From positions 100,006,001 to 100,070,000 of the forward strand of contig OZ024742.1 of NCBI GenBank assembly GCA_964016885.1: 64,000 bases of DNA. Reading direction: 5' to 3'. The position numbers and the translations under genes are program-made. The notes under the pieces are model-generated. The model saw nothing but the letters and a program-made list of their open reading frames with translations. It was not told where the DNA came from and made no database searches. The stretch is from Eledone cirrhosa (Eukaryota). Below are positions 1 through 13,479 of the stretch, piece after piece (position 1 is the stretch's first letter; each line of letters opens with the position of its first letter).

Positions 1-1251
1 ATCACGATAATACACAGTTCGTAACGGGAAAGATTGATAAATAATTATATTGAAGAATGTGCATCTACAAATGAGTCATTCGTGTAGAAAAATATATTAT
101 AGCTCTTTAGATATTTTTAAAATGTAAATATATTTATTTCATTTTTAAAAATTGTATCACTTTGTATTTATGTATTTTCTTTTCTTGCTATGGAATTATC
201 ATATAAGTTATCTTAATTTACACTTGTGGTGTATGATCTTGATTTTGCTTTCAACATTTAAAGAATATATTATTAGTGATTTTGTTTTTTTAATTTAAAT
301 GCTTTTTTGCGCAAATGTCTTACTGGCTTACACATTCTTATAGTCTACTCTCCGGTATGTCGGCGACAGAAGCAACTATTCAGTGCAGACGATTTGTAAA
401 TGGCGTCTCTTTATGAATAGATGCTTTATGATAGACGGACCTCCATCGGTTTCGACAATGTGTGTTCCAGTTGTTTCATGAACGGAACAGCCTCTTTGTC
501 AAAGTATTTTCATGTACAGACCATCTTGTATTATAATGTAAGTGGTTGAGTATTCAACAGACACGCATACCTATAACATCATTTTCAGGGAGAACCAGTG
601 TGATACACTGCGTGAAAAGCATGGCAACGGTGACCCTTTGAATACAGTTTATCTAACGGACTTCCGAACAGTTTAATTTCACGCACGTGAATGGCAGCTT
701 AAATGTAAAACGCAGTAGAATTGAAGGAGGAGTCATATTAGAAAACAAAATACTTAACCATTCAATATGCTGCGTTTAGATACTCTATGTAGCCTGATAG
801 TGAATTATCATTGTTAGCGAGTGGGTTAATATATTTTTCAAGGAATCTTTATTCTAGTTTGCAGAACATTATAAACTACTCCGCAATAGTATGTTAGTTC
901 CTTTATGTCTTTAATTATAATCCACTTTATGTTGGTATTGTTGACTTTTAACTCACTTTTATTTTTGTTTCAGCTAAAAGGTTGGTGGAGTTTCTAACTG
1001 GTCAAAAAATGATTTTTAACATACAAATGAACACACATTCACACGCATACCTACATACCTACAGACATACACATTTATATATACACTCACACACATATTT
1101 ACATACATACATACATATATACATACTTACAAATACACGTATACATATAGTTATTTACGAACATATATAAATACACATACCAATACCTACATAAAGATAT
1201 ACGCATACATATAGACATATATACATACTTAAATACATACATACCTACATA

Positions 1252-1448
1252 CGAGGGTAGGCTGAAATCAGTATAGAGTGACCATGAGGGAATGTTGTTA
1301 GAGCTATAAAATCATGCATGCATTAATTTCAACTCTTCTTATCTTTAACTACATTGATTCTTTCCAGCGACTATGTTAAAAATAAACCTTATTTCATCCT
1401 TCCATGAGAATATCTTGGTCACCCTATAAACTTTTCAACCAAGCCTTA
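1252..1448. mobile_element. Mariner/Tc1-type MITE
   Basis: TA-CGAGGGTAGGCTGAAA..GTGACCA and TGGTCAC..TTTTCAACC..CCTTA-TA form imperfect TIRs. Relatives at 1577-1894 (inverse, SINE inserted) and 40020-40128. Confidence 0.65.
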
Positions 1449-1672
1449 TACTTATATGCATAAATACAATCATAAATACATACACATAGGTGCATATACA
1501 CACAAGCATGAATGTATGTATATATGCTTGCATTATACATACATGCCGGTATACATCCATCCATACATCCATCCATAAAAGTTCATAGGCTGACCAAGAC
1601 ACTCTCATGCAATGACCAAATGAGGTTTATTTTTCAACATAATCCTGGGAATGAAACAATGCAATTATTAAT

Positions 1673-1791
1673 TGTTTCTACTTTTGGCACAAGGCCAGCA
1701 ATTAATCCAGTGCATTACTGGTACTTTATTTTTTTGACCCCGTAAGGATCAAAGGCGAAGTTAACCTCGCCGTGATTTGAACTAAGACCGT
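1673..1791 (-). mobile_element. 5'-truncated SINE family 2 with a 15-bp TSD
   Basis: Reverse complement of the SINE 3' half. AATGCAATTATTAAT is duplicated at 1658-1672 and 1792-1806. Confidence 0.85.
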
Positions 1792-2201
1792 AATGCAATT
1801 ATTAATAAGAAGAGTTGGAATTAATGAATGCAAGATTGCACAGCTCTAATATCAATTCTTCATGGTCACACTTGAACTTTTCAGCCTACCCTCGTATACA
1901 CATGCATTAGACGATGTCTACCTCTATTAAACCATATATTGGACAAGTATAAATAAGCAGTTTCAAGCGAATGCTGCGGCTAAACTGAAAAAGTGTATCG
2001 ATATTTCAAGAGTTAATGCCAGAAATCATATCATGGTAATCTATATAATGTTCGATACTGTTAAAATATAGCTCTACCTTCACTATTATCGATGTCCTGT
2101 GCCTAATACCTTGAGGCTATGCTACTTCATAAATACGTTTTCAACGTATATCTAAAACATTTCAAAATATCTTTATGTGTGTTTATATGTGTGTGTGTGT
2201 A

Positions 2202-2284
<83 letters not shown>

Positions 2285-2376
2285 CTATCTGTATGAAGAG
2301 TGAGTTGACATACACGTATTAAAATATACAAACACAGACACACACACATATATATGCAAAAAGGGAAAGAGAGAGA

Positions 2377-2415
<39 letters not shown>

Positions 2416-2994
2416 GGAGGAGAAAATGAAAGATGCAGGGCTACATTGCTTTGGGGTATTTTATTAATGCAAGAAACCAAATTCGCCTTTTTCTTACGTT
2501 ATTATTCAATATTTTAGTATATGTGCTTGTTGTTGGATTTGTTGTTGGTGTTCATGTTGTTGTTGTGGTGGTGGTGGTGGTGGTGGTGATGGTGGTGATC
2601 GTTGGGGTCATGTCTAAATTGCTTCGTTGTTGTTGTGGTGTTGGTGTTGGTGTTTTATTGTAGGATATAAGTGGTTGTTGTTAGTATAGTTGTAGTCGTA
2701 TTTGTCGTGGTGTTATTGTTGTGGCTTTCTTTGGTGATGGCGGTGGTAGTGGTGACATCCGGTCACTGTTTGGCTGTTGCTGTAGTTGTGTTGTTGTTGT
2801 TGTTGTTGGTGGTGGTAGTGGTGGCGATGGCGATGGTGGTGGTGTTGTTGTGCGGTTCTTGTAATTGTGGTTATCATTGTTGCTGTGTTCGTTGTTGCTG
2901 TTATTGATGTTGATGTTATCATTGATCTTTCTTCTTCCTCTCTTCTGAACAAACGGTGAAGATAGACAGAGATTATAATAATGATAATGATGAT

Positions 2995-4235
2995 TATGGG
3001 ACGTCCGAACAAGTATCCTGTCTCCAATTATCTTACCCTCCCCCTCTAGGTCCCGGCCGACAGGTTGGAGAATACATTGCCTTGGAGGACGGCGAGGTTG
3101 ACTCTCTTGAACAGCCACTCCAACTCGCCTGTCTCGCACCTATGGGCAGCCAACTACGCTCCGATAGCAGTGAGAATGGATGTGGTTCGGGGGCCAAGAA
3201 TCCCGGGCGTTCCCTCTGCTACAGGCTCTACCATAAACCTATCAGAGAGTGGCCGATACTTGGACAGTTTTCCCTCTTCGTCCTGGTGGGATGCAGAGCC
3301 CGGTATGGTAGCCAAACGCACCGGGTTGCAATTCTTGTCCGCCCACTTATTCTTGCGAGGGTTGTGGCAGCTGAGCCCTACAGCTGACGCCTACATATAT
3401 CTAGGGATCAATGAAGGCCAAGGTATTCACCATGCCAGCAAGAAAGAAAGAATCAGGAAAGATTGCAACCGGAGATTATGTGCTGTCACGAGCTTAACTC
3501 GTAAAATAAATTATCTGCCATAAATGCGCTTACAATCCCTGTTGACACCTACAGTTTCAATATTATAAATTGCAACGTTAACGAAATTAAGAGAATGGAC
3601 ACCAAAATCAGGAAACCTTTGACCTATAATAGTATACATCACCCAAAAGCAGATGTGGATCGCCTCTATCTGCCTAGACAAAATGGAGGTAAAGGAATGG
3701 TCCAGCTAGACCTTGGATGACTTGAAGCTGTAAGTCAAAAATGACAACAAACTGTAAGGACTGGTGTTTAGCGATGATGTGGGAATGGTGTTTAGACTGG
3801 GGAAATGCACAAAAGCAACGTTCAAGAGCATGTTTCTTAATTGACATTAGCATTCCATCAGACCGTAACATCTCGAGTAAGCTCGGTAAGCTCAGTAAGT
3901 ATAAAGATCTATCAATTGAAATTGAGAAAATGTAGCATCTTAAGGCGTGTACACTACCAGTGATAGTCGAAGCACTTGGAAAGATAAAAAAGGGTAATGA
4001 AAAATATTTGAACCGGATACCTGGAAAGCCATCTCTGCAAGAGATACAGAAAATAGTGTTGACTTTCACTGTCCATGTCCTGAGAAAAGGCATTATCAAT
4101 TTTAAAACCTTTCAAAGATATTTTCTGTTGGTTGTGCCTTTGTGGCATCATTTGCATGACAATTGGTTTTAAAATGTGTATTATTAATTTTGCCTCGGGT
4201 GTCAGATTGACACTCGCTGTAATTTGGGAAAGAAT
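2995..4235 (+). mobile_element. Internally deleted, decayed Dong/R4-type LINE
   Basis: Fragments YLGINEGQGIHHASKKERIRK, HHPKADVDRLYLP and CFLIDISIPSDRNI..KLSKYKDLSIEIEKM..IPGKPSLQEIQKIVL match post-RT and RLE regions. A GC-rich 5' segment (2995-3385) is the probable 5' UTR. Flanked by TAA-type repeats. Confidence 0.75.
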
Positions 4236-4277
4236 CAGAATTCAAAGGAAGTTTCAAATAATAACAACAATAATAAT

Positions 4278-4485
4278 TATTTCTATTTTAGATACAAGGC
4301 CAGCAAGTATGAAGGAAGGGAAAGTCGACTAAATCGACCCCAGTGCGTGATTGATACTTTAGTTTATCGATCTGTAAGGATGAAAGACAAAGCTAACATC
4401 CGTGGGATTTGAAACCAGAATGTCGCTCTATACTGCAAAGCAAGGCGTCCGACAGTCTACCGATACTGCCAACCCACTACCCTTA
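4278..4485 (-). mobile_element. SINE family 2 (long variant)
   Basis: Reverse complement match including CTACCGATACTGCCAA and GTAAGGATGAAAG. Confidence 0.8.
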
Positions 4486-4918
4486 CCAACCCACTACCAA
4501 ATAATAATAATAATAATAATAACAATAATAATAATAATAATAAGGAGTAGGAACGAAGTATCAATATAACATCATTATGTTTATTCACGTGTGATCGACT
4601 CTGGAATCAATAGCTCATCAGACTTGTATATTCCTTAATGACATTAAGTCTGATGAGCTATCGATTCCAGAGTCGGACACAATCGATAGCCATTGTACCT
4701 TGAGCTGATCGATCGCGAAACCCGTGTGACACGTGAATAAACATAATGATGCTATACTGAGAGCTCCTTCCGACTCCTAAATACTAAATACTAAAAACAT
4801 TGCTTCTTAAGAAAACCGACTACGTTGTAATACCAAACGTACAATACCATACCAGCAACAGGAGAAACCAACGTATCGAATGTTCAAACTGGTAAACCAA
4901 CTTTACACACCGATAAAT

Positions 4919-4976
<58 letters not shown>

Positions 4977-4983
<7 letters not shown>

Positions 4984-5151
4984 AAATAAAATTTGGCTTT
5001 GTTTATTAAAGGTACACAGCCAAATTTTAAATATTTGACTTAATTATTTTATTTTACATTATTCCGGAGTAACCAAAACCAACCTGCGCACTCGTCGAGT
5101 GCTCCAATCTGCATACTGAGGTGGCGGTAAACAACCAACATATACTAAAAA

Positions 5152-5186
<35 letters not shown>

Positions 5187-5692
5187 AGCAAGATGTATGG
5201 TAGGTCGTATGTGAATCGCGATGATCACGCCTGACCTACCAAATATGCGACGGTAGCTAGTTAAGCTCTATGCGTATAAGCAGAGCAGAAATATTAATGA
5301 AAAAGAACAAAGGAACTATTATGACATTACAACAAGTTTATTGCCGACAGCCGTTTCGTCCGACCATATGGTGGGACTTAATTATTTTATTTTACATTAT
5401 TCCGGAGTAACCAAAACCAACCTGCGCACTCGTCGAGTGCTCCAATCTGCATACTGATATATATATGAATAGGTATATACATATATATATATATATATGT
5501 GTGTAAAATAAAATAATTATTCAAATATTTAAAATTTGGCTTCGTTTATTGAAGGTACACCTTTAATAAACGAAGCCAAATTTTAAATATTTTACATTAC
5601 TCCGGAGTAACCAAACCAACCTGCGCACTTCGTCGAGTGCTCCAATCTGCATACTGAGGTGTCGGTAAACAACCAACATATACTCAAAATAT
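4977..5692. repeat. Local triplication of a ~100-110 bp unit with short inverted segments (probable PLE tail fragments)
   Basis: TTACATTATTCCGGAGTAACCAAAACCAACCTGCGCACTCGTCGAGTGCTCCAATCTGCATACTGA at ~5054, ~5392 and ~5592. Confidence 0.8.
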
Positions 5693-5704
5693 ATATATAT
5701 AGTG

Positions 5705-5920
5705 AAGGCGTGTGGCTGAGAGGTTAGAGAATTGGGTTCGAAATCGTAAGGTTGTGAGTCCGATTCCTGGACCAGGCGATGCGTTATGTCCTTGAGCAAG
5801 ACACTTTATTTCACGTTGCTTCTTCTACCTGGAGTTGCGACCGATAGATAGTATTAGCAATTGGAAAGACCAACGGAAACATTGTTCCCTCGGTCCGATT
5901 TGACGAAAGTCGATCGTTCC
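5705..5920 (+). mobile_element. tRNA-derived SINE family 1 (CORE-like central block)
   Basis: A box TGGCTGAGAGG, B-box-like GAGTCCGATTCC, then GTCCTTGAGCAAGACACT. Near-identical copy at 43883. Confidence 0.85.
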
Positions 5921-6183
5921 TATATATATATATACACTGTGAAATATGCCGATACAACCCCATATGAATTTACAAAGATGGTAGGTAAGGAATCAGCCGA
6001 GGAAAATTCACGCATACATATACGCATAGACATACATACATACGTATATACATGCGTAAAAACATACAAACATACATACATAAATGCGTACATACATACA
6101 TACATACATACATACATACATACATACATACATACATACATACATACATACATACATACATACATACATACATACATACATAC

Positions 6184-9100
6184 AATGGCGACCGTTGTGG
6201 TCAGTGTCCGATAATTGGACGTGTGTAATTACGGCTTACATGAAGGCAACATACCATATATTGGAAAAAGTTGAGCTACATTACGCGGTAAGATTACATA
6301 CAATAATTCTACATAAGTGTTTGAACTGTAAGTGTGTTGTAAAACACCTATTTATATGAACGATACATACACTTATGATATATGAACGATACATACACTT
6401 TAACATATAAATGCAACGTTGTTATATTACATTTATAAAGAAATATAAAAGTAACGTTTTCGATTCAGAAACAAAAATATAAGTGTTTGAACTGTGAATG
6501 TTGTGAATATGTTGTAGAACACCTATTTATATGAATGATACATAAACTTTAACATATAAATACAGCATTGTTATATTATATTACATTCGTAAAGGAATAT
6601 ACTAAGTAACGGTTCTTTTTGTTCTCGATTCAAACGATTCAAGAACAACGTTTAAAACACAGTTGTAGAATTAAAAACTAACTGAAAAGAAATATTACCC
6701 AAGCTGTGAATAACTTTAAATTTGATTCTGACAGAACTTTGTCGTAACTTTTAAAGAAGATCATCGACTATTTAAAAAAAATAAATACAAAATATTAGTG
6801 AATAGACGAACTCATCATGGCAAAAAGTACAAGTCTCCTTCGACCAAATCGCAATTACAACCGTTGTATACAGTGGAGCTACGAGCTTAACAAAGAATTA
6901 TATGAAGCATACAAACAATCTGAACCCCAAAAGTTCGGTTTTATGCAAAGGCTAAAAACTTTATGGAACTCCAAACACCCAGAATTAGACTTTTCTCCAA
7001 AGCATCTAAATGAACAGGCAAAACGTATCATTAGATGTAAATTGATACATCTAACGGAATCGAGTGATACTACAAATACAGCCCTTGTAGACAACCACCC
7101 CACCTCCACTGACAGACAAAGAGAATGGCCGGCTAAATCTAACAGTGAACAGCTCACCAACAATTTTGCTGAAATCCATCCCACTTCCACTGAAGAACAG
7201 CGAGAAAGGTCAGCTGACTCTAGTAGTAATTGTCACCACATCAACAACGAGGCTGCAATTCATGACTCTACTGAACAAACAGAGCACCAAAAACTTGTGG
7301 GCACCCTACAAGTGATATGGAACGATATGTTTCAAGAGATACACAGCCTTAATGTGAGTGACAGACCATACAACACTAGAGTCAGTAAAGAACCCACTAA
7401 ATTGGAATTGGAAGCGGTGAACGAAATAGCTGGCAATTATCTGAAGGCTATACGATCTAAAGGTGTAGAAACGACATTTGAAACGCTCAATGTTTTGTTA
7501 TATGTTTCAGCTGTCACATTGCTATCATATAACACACATCTAAAACCACGCAATCAAGATACAAACAGAAAGCCTGAACCAGCGTGGATGCGAAATTTAA
7601 AAACCAAAATTTTGTCCCTGAGACGAAGTATCTCACACATCGCAGTCGTTATGAAATGCAACATAGAGAGAAACTTCACACGACACCAGGAAGACCTAAA
7701 GAAAAAGTTAGAGAGACGATTTGGAGATACCAAATTTAAAACTTTGAACTCCAAATTACACCAGTTGAAACAACAACTCACAGCTACAACAGAAAGACTA
7801 AAATATAAGTCAACAGCCCATAAACGACAAGTGCTAAATAGATTGTTTGCCAGAGATCCTAAATCAGTTTATCGCAGCTTCGGTGGCAAAAGCTCAATCC
7901 CTGTAAACGACACCCCTTCAAAAGAACAGGTTGAGAACTACTGGAGATCTGTATGGGAAACGGATGACGGATTCAACAGACAAGCTAATTGGCTAAAACA
8001 ACTGGAACAGGACTACTGCCAACATGTCCAGACAAAACAATATGACATAGATGGGTCAATACTGGAAACAGCTCTACAGAAAATGTCGAATAGGAAATCG
8101 CCAGGCCCAGACCTCATTACAGGATACTGGTTGAAGAATTTCACTTTCTATCGGCAAGATCTCATACGGCTGTTTACAGAAACCATTAAGGGCACACAAG
8201 AACTGCCCAGATGGTTATCAACTGCCACTACTCTCCTCATTCCCAAAAATAGCCAAACCACCCTTGCTAAAAATTACCGCCCAATTGCCTGCCAAAACAT
8301 CATGTATAAATTATATACTGGGTGCCTTAACCTGTTCTTACAGGATCACTGTGCTACCAACAACATCATAACACCTGAGCAAGCTGGTGGAAAGAGGGAG
8401 GTGTGGGGTTGCATAGATCACCTACTAACTAACAAAATGATTCAGGAAAAAACAACAAAGAATCGCAGAAACATGACTGTCGTGTGGCTGGACTATCAAA
8501 AAGCATTTGATAGTGTACCTCATGGGTGGATTATTAAGGCTTTACAGTTAGCTAAAGTCCCACAACCATTAGTAGCTGCTGTTGAACGCCTGACCAAGAA
8601 CTGGTACACCAATTTGATCCTTAGAGGTGAGAAGGAGCAGGTTAAGACTGATAGGATACATTACCAGAAGGGCATCTTTCAGGGTGATAGCTTGTCAGTA
8701 CTACTCTTCGTTCTCTCACTGAATCCACTATCTTACCTACTCAGGAAACAAGGTGGACAAAGAAGTGGGCCCAGAAGTATCTCCCATCTTTTCTTTGTTG
8801 ATGACCTGAAGTTGTATGGGCCAAATATCAATGACATCAAGAAACAATTGGACCTCATTACACAATTTTCAACCGACATCAAAATGAAATTTGGTGAGTC
8901 CAAGTGTGCATATTTGGCAGTAAAACGTGGAAGAGCTGTGCCCTCCTCTAGAAATCTAGATATGAACGGCCTGACAATACAACCTCTGCAGTCAGGTGAC
9001 AACTACAGATATCTTGGACAGGATGAGAATGTCAGATATGATGGACCCATAAATAAGGAGAGAACCAGAACTGAATACCTCAGAAGAGTAAAAAAAATAT

Positions 9101-10430
9101 GGTCATCAGAACTGTCAGCATACAACAAATACATTGCCCACAATACCTATACTGTGCCAATTATAACGCCAACATTTGGCCTACTGAACTGGTCATTGCA
9201 AGAACTAAGTGAGATGGATGTTAGAACTCGTAAACTTCTCAGTGTTACTGGGAACTTTAACATCAATGGTGATGTGGATAGGCTATACTTCTCACGCAAG
9301 GAAGGTGGCCGGGGTCTAAAATCAATATTAACAACATATGAGACCCGGATAGTAACACTGAAGCAACACCTTCAACAGAGGAAAAAGGTTGGCGACCATC
9401 TTGCTCAGGTTTATGAGCATGAAAAAAGAAATATCATTAGAATAGCGACTGATCTGGAGGAGAGATATGGAATAAAGCCTGATATAAATCTCTCACCCAG
9501 AGAAATCGGAAGATCCTATTCAATGTTCAAACAAGAAAAAAAAATTGACCAATTTACAGAGAAAGTTGTGCATGGATACTTGAGGCGTAAAACACAGACC
9601 ATAGAGGGGATAAACCACTCAAAAAGCCTGGCATGGAGTTCCGACAAGTTTATGACATCACACCTTGAGGGATATCTCTATGCAATACAGGAACAAGAAC
9701 TCCCTACCAAATATCTGCTGCACAAAAGAGGAGGGCCAGCAGCTGACAATAAATGTAGGCTATGTAAAACAAAGATCGAGGATGTAAGCCACATTGTTGC
9801 CAGCTGCGAAAGAATGTCATCTCGCTACTACCTCCCCATGAGACACGATGGGATAGCTAGAACTATCTGGAACGCACTTCGGAAAACAAAATTAACAACA
9901 AACGAGGAAGAATATATTGAGACAGATGGCACTAAGGAATACTGGTGGAACCTGAAAATAAAAACTGCCACCAAATTAAAGCACAACCGGCCTGATATTG
10001 TAGTTTGGGACCACACATTGAAAACGTGTTCTGTTGTGGAGATCAGCTGCCCACTTGATGTAAACGTTGTCAGAAAAATACAGGAGAAGGAGGACATCTA
10101 CGGACCATTGATGAGGAGCTTACAAATCCAGTATCCAAGATACACCTTTAGCTTCATACCCATCATTATTGGTGCTACGGGTTATATACCAACCCGCTTG
10201 GACCAAAGTATGACCGAACTTGGATTTGCGGACAAAAAGCGCAGCTCCCTAATTCATAGTCTACAAATGGCTGCGATAGCTGGCACCTTCAAAATATGCA
10301 AAACATTCTTGCGATTCAAGGGATGACAATTTCTTTTCTTTTACAACCTTGCCACCAGGAAGGTGGCCGGTCAAAAAAATATACTCGAAATTAAGAGAAA
10401 GAGAAAACATACATACATACAAACATACAT
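6184..10430 (+). mobile_element. Apparently full-length R4/Dong-like LINE between (CATA)n tracts
   Basis: Starts right after (CATA)n at 6089-6183. Has a ~630 bp 5' region with an internal duplication (~6313-6480 vs ~6481-6640), the intact ORF, and a short 3' UTR with the hairpin GCCACC/GGTGGC, ending in CATA units at ~10407-10430. Confidence 0.8.
6817..10326 (+). CDS. Single ORF (1169 aa) of an R4/Dong-clade non-LTR retrotransposon: reverse transcriptase + CCHC finger + restriction-like endonuclease
   Basis: Uninterrupted ORF with RT motifs KSPGPD, NYRPIAC, WLDYQKAFDSVPH, GIFQGDSLS, FVDDLKLY and YLG. C-terminus has CRLC..H..C, RHD, RPDIVV, EISCP and KEDIY (RLE). No APE domain. Confidence 0.95.
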   Translation: MAKSTSLLRPNRNYNRCIQWSYELNKELYEAYKQSEPQKFGFMQRLKTLWNSKHPELDFSPKHLNEQAKRIIRCKLIHLTESSDTTNTALVDNHPTSTDRQREWPAKSNSEQLTNNFAEIHPTSTEEQRERSADSSSNCHHINNEAAIHDSTEQTEHQKLVGTLQVIWNDMFQEIHSLNVSDRPYNTRVSKEPTKLELEAVNEIAGNYLKAIRSKGVETTFETLNVLLYVSAVTLLSYNTHLKPRNQDTNRKPEPAWMRNLKTKILSLRRSISHIAVVMKCNIERNFTRHQEDLKKKLERRFGDTKFKTLNSKLHQLKQQLTATTERLKYKSTAHKRQVLNRLFARDPKSVYRSFGGKSSIPVNDTPSKEQVENYWRSVWETDDGFNRQANWLKQLEQDYCQHVQTKQYDIDGSILETALQKMSNRKSPGPDLITGYWLKNFTFYRQDLIRLFTETIKGTQELPRWLSTATTLLIPKNSQTTLAKNYRPIACQNIMYKLYTGCLNLFLQDHCATNNIITPEQAGGKREVWGCIDHLLTNKMIQEKTTKNRRNMTVVWLDYQKAFDSVPHGWIIKALQLAKVPQPLVAAVERLTKNWYTNLILRGEKEQVKTDRIHYQKGIFQGDSLSVLLFVLSLNPLSYLLRKQGGQRSGPRSISHLFFVDDLKLYGPNINDIKKQLDLITQFSTDIKMKFGESKCAYLAVKRGRAVPSSRNLDMNGLTIQPLQSGDNYRYLGQDENVRYDGPINKERTRTEYLRRVKKIWSSELSAYNKYIAHNTYTVPIITPTFGLLNWSLQELSEMDVRTRKLLSVTGNFNINGDVDRLYFSRKEGGRGLKSILTTYETRIVTLKQHLQQRKKVGDHLAQVYEHEKRNIIRIATDLEERYGIKPDINLSPREIGRSYSMFKQEKKIDQFTEKVVHGYLRRKTQTIEGINHSKSLAWSSDKFMTSHLEGYLYAIQEQELPTKYLLHKRGGPAADNKCRLCKTKIEDVSHIVASCERMSSRYYLPMRHDGIARTIWNALRKTKLTTNEEEYIETDGTKEYWWNLKIKTATKLKHNRPDIVVWDHTLKTCSVVEISCPLDVNVVRKIQEKEDIYGPLMRSLQIQYPRYTFSFIPIIIGATGYIPTRLDQSMTELGFADKKRSSLIHSLQMAAIAGTFKICKTFLRFKG

Positions 10431-11065
10431 AATATGAAAGAATACTGGAGGAATATTCCAGTAAAAACCACAATAAAATGTAGCCATAACAGACCAGATA
10501 TTATGATATGAGACAGGGAGAAGAAAGAATGCAGAGTAGTGGAAATTAGCTGCCCAGGAGATGCTAATATAATAGCAAAGATTAGTGTAAAGGAGAATAT
10601 TTATGCAGAACTGATGAGAAATCTGCAGATACTCCACCCTGACTACACCTTCAAATTTATGCCTGTGATTATTGGGACACTGGGATATGTTAGTAACTGC
10701 CTCAATACAAATCTTGAGAAGCTAGGCTTCACAGGAAAAGAAAGAACACAACTAGTTAGGAAATTACAAGTATAATCCATTAATGGAACAGTAAAAATAT
10801 GTAAAATATTCCAAACATTTTACATCTAATAACTGCATATACACATGTACAGATGCAAAGCATATACACATACACACATACAACTCAAAACATATACATC
10901 CACACATGCAATAACATCCATATCTACACATACATACATACATATCTACCTAGTTGATGTTGTGTAAATTCCAATGAGAGAGTCTTGTGTCTATGTTAGA
11001 AACCGACTCTCTCTCTATTGGTAAAACTTTGTGAAATTATAAAACCAGAAGAACATATATACATT
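10431..11065 (+). pseudogene. Decayed 3' end (RLE domain + 3' UTR) of a related R4/Dong element
   Basis: Translation EISCPGDANIIAKISVKENIYAELMRNLQILHPDYTFKFMPVIIGTLGY parallels the C-terminus of the 6817-10326 ORF. Contains stops and frameshifts; ends at (CATA)n. Confidence 0.85.
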
Positions 11066-11411
11066 CATACATACATACATACATACATACATACATACAT
11101 ACATACATACATACATACATACATACATACATACATACATACATACACACCTAATTTCTAACACGTTCCTCCAGACAATTATTATATATGGCCTCCTGGC
11201 AAATTCGTCGACAAAACATTGCCCGGAGGAAACATTTGCTTTGGTAAACTTGGATACTGAACATTGAACGTACACGAATATATACAGGTACAAACTCATG
11301 CGCACATACATGTATGTATATATGCAAACACACACATATATACACTAACACACACACACACACATATATATATATATTTATATATATATATATACATATA
11401 TACATACGTAC

Positions 11412-11443
<32 letters not shown>

Positions 11444-11485
11444 GTGTGTATTTATTATATATATACATGTATATAACCGTATGTG

Positions 11486-11591
<106 letters not shown>

Positions 11592-11643
11592 TAGATAGTC
11601 AGATAGATTGATAGATAGCTTGGTGAGTGAATATATATATATA

Positions 11644-11693
<50 letters not shown>

Positions 11694-11794
11694 CATATAT
11701 ACATATGTGTGTGTTGTGTAGGTGTGTGTGGGTGTGTGTATATATATATACATATATATCATTGTGTGTATATATATATATCTGTCTGTGCGTA

Positions 11795-11864
<70 letters not shown>

Positions 11865-12439
11865 AGATATAAACGCAAAGAAACAAATATTTGCATTATA
11901 CACACCGTTACACACCCGGACAAACTCGCGTAAAAAAGATATATAGCGTAGAGAATTATATAAACACGCATAAGGAATCAAACAAGCAAAAAATAATTAC
12001 ACAAACATAAAAAATTATAAACATGCTTGCACGTGGATATTACTTCGTTTTTCTTTTATACCTGACTTATACAAGAATGGAGAAGAGAAAAAAAAATAGC
12101 ACGATAGCATGAAAAGTTGGCAAAAACGATATTAAAAAAACTGTTTGATTAAGTCCAAACAGTGCGATCACAAAACACATGTCAGCTCTTTAATTAAAAG
12201 ATGGAGATATATTAGAAAATATAGACACAACACTAACAAAACAAAGCTACGAAATGGAATCTAACAAACGAATAAAATAAAATAAACATCTGTATGGACG
12301 AAGAGACTATAGTCAGAGAGGCATCAGGAAAATGGCGTCTGAACTTAAACACCAGTACAAATATAAACATAAATAGAAAAATGATGTTTGTACGGGATTA
12401 TGTATGTGTGTACGTGTGTGTACATGTTTGTATACATGA

Positions 12440-12478
<39 letters not shown>

Positions 12479-12484
12479 TATATG

Positions 12485-12521
<37 letters not shown>

Positions 12522-12572
12522 GTATGTATATATGTATATATATATATATAAAGACACACACACATACGGACG

Positions 12573-12610
<38 letters not shown>

Positions 12611-12820
12611 CACATTAGTCGTTAATTGTACAAACAAAGAGAAGATTACTCAGTACGTTATGTACAGTATTTATGTTTGTAGTTTAGCAGTCAATGACTA
12701 CCCCGGATATTTTATGTATTTAGACACATACACACACATGCACACATACACTCACACACATACATACATACATACATACATACATACATACATACATACA
12801 TACATACATACATACATACA

Positions 12821-12851
<31 letters not shown>

Positions 12852-13479
12852 GTATGTATGGATATATGTTTGTATGTATGACTGTATGTAGGTATGCACG
12901 TATATATGTATGACTATGTATACATACTTTTACTGATTTCAACATATTTATTTGCTCTTGCTGAAGCTCCTACATATGTGTGTGTGTGTGTGTGTGTGTA
13001 CCTATGATTATGTGCACGCTTGCATGAATGTCTATAAGAAATGACGTATGACATCATGATAGATATCAATTAAACTGTATATAATATACTACTGATTAGC
13101 TGACACCTTTCACATGGATTATATTCACCCTATACTGACATATATTATCTCTGATCTACTCTATATGTGTTTAGAATACCATTCTATATCGCTTGAGGTT
13201 GTGAAAGAGGATGGCGTGGGTTTGTAGCTGTTGTGAGGGTTAATCAACTTGATTATACTTGTCAGGAATGTGGAAACGAATGAATTCAAAGATCCGGTTT
13301 TCAATGTCATATTAGTGCTGATAATAATAGTAATGTTTTCTTTAATTTGCCACAAGTATAAGAGCTTTTGAGAACAATACAAGAACGTAAAACATTTACA
13401 TAGTGTAAAGAAAGTGGGCATCAATAAAGAGAAATCACATTGGAGTAGAAGTATAATAGCAACGTAGCATTAGGTTAAT

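Noticed and set aside
5705-5780. tRNA gene
   Set aside because: The tRNA-like head continues into a SINE body that is repeated at 43883 and 51715.
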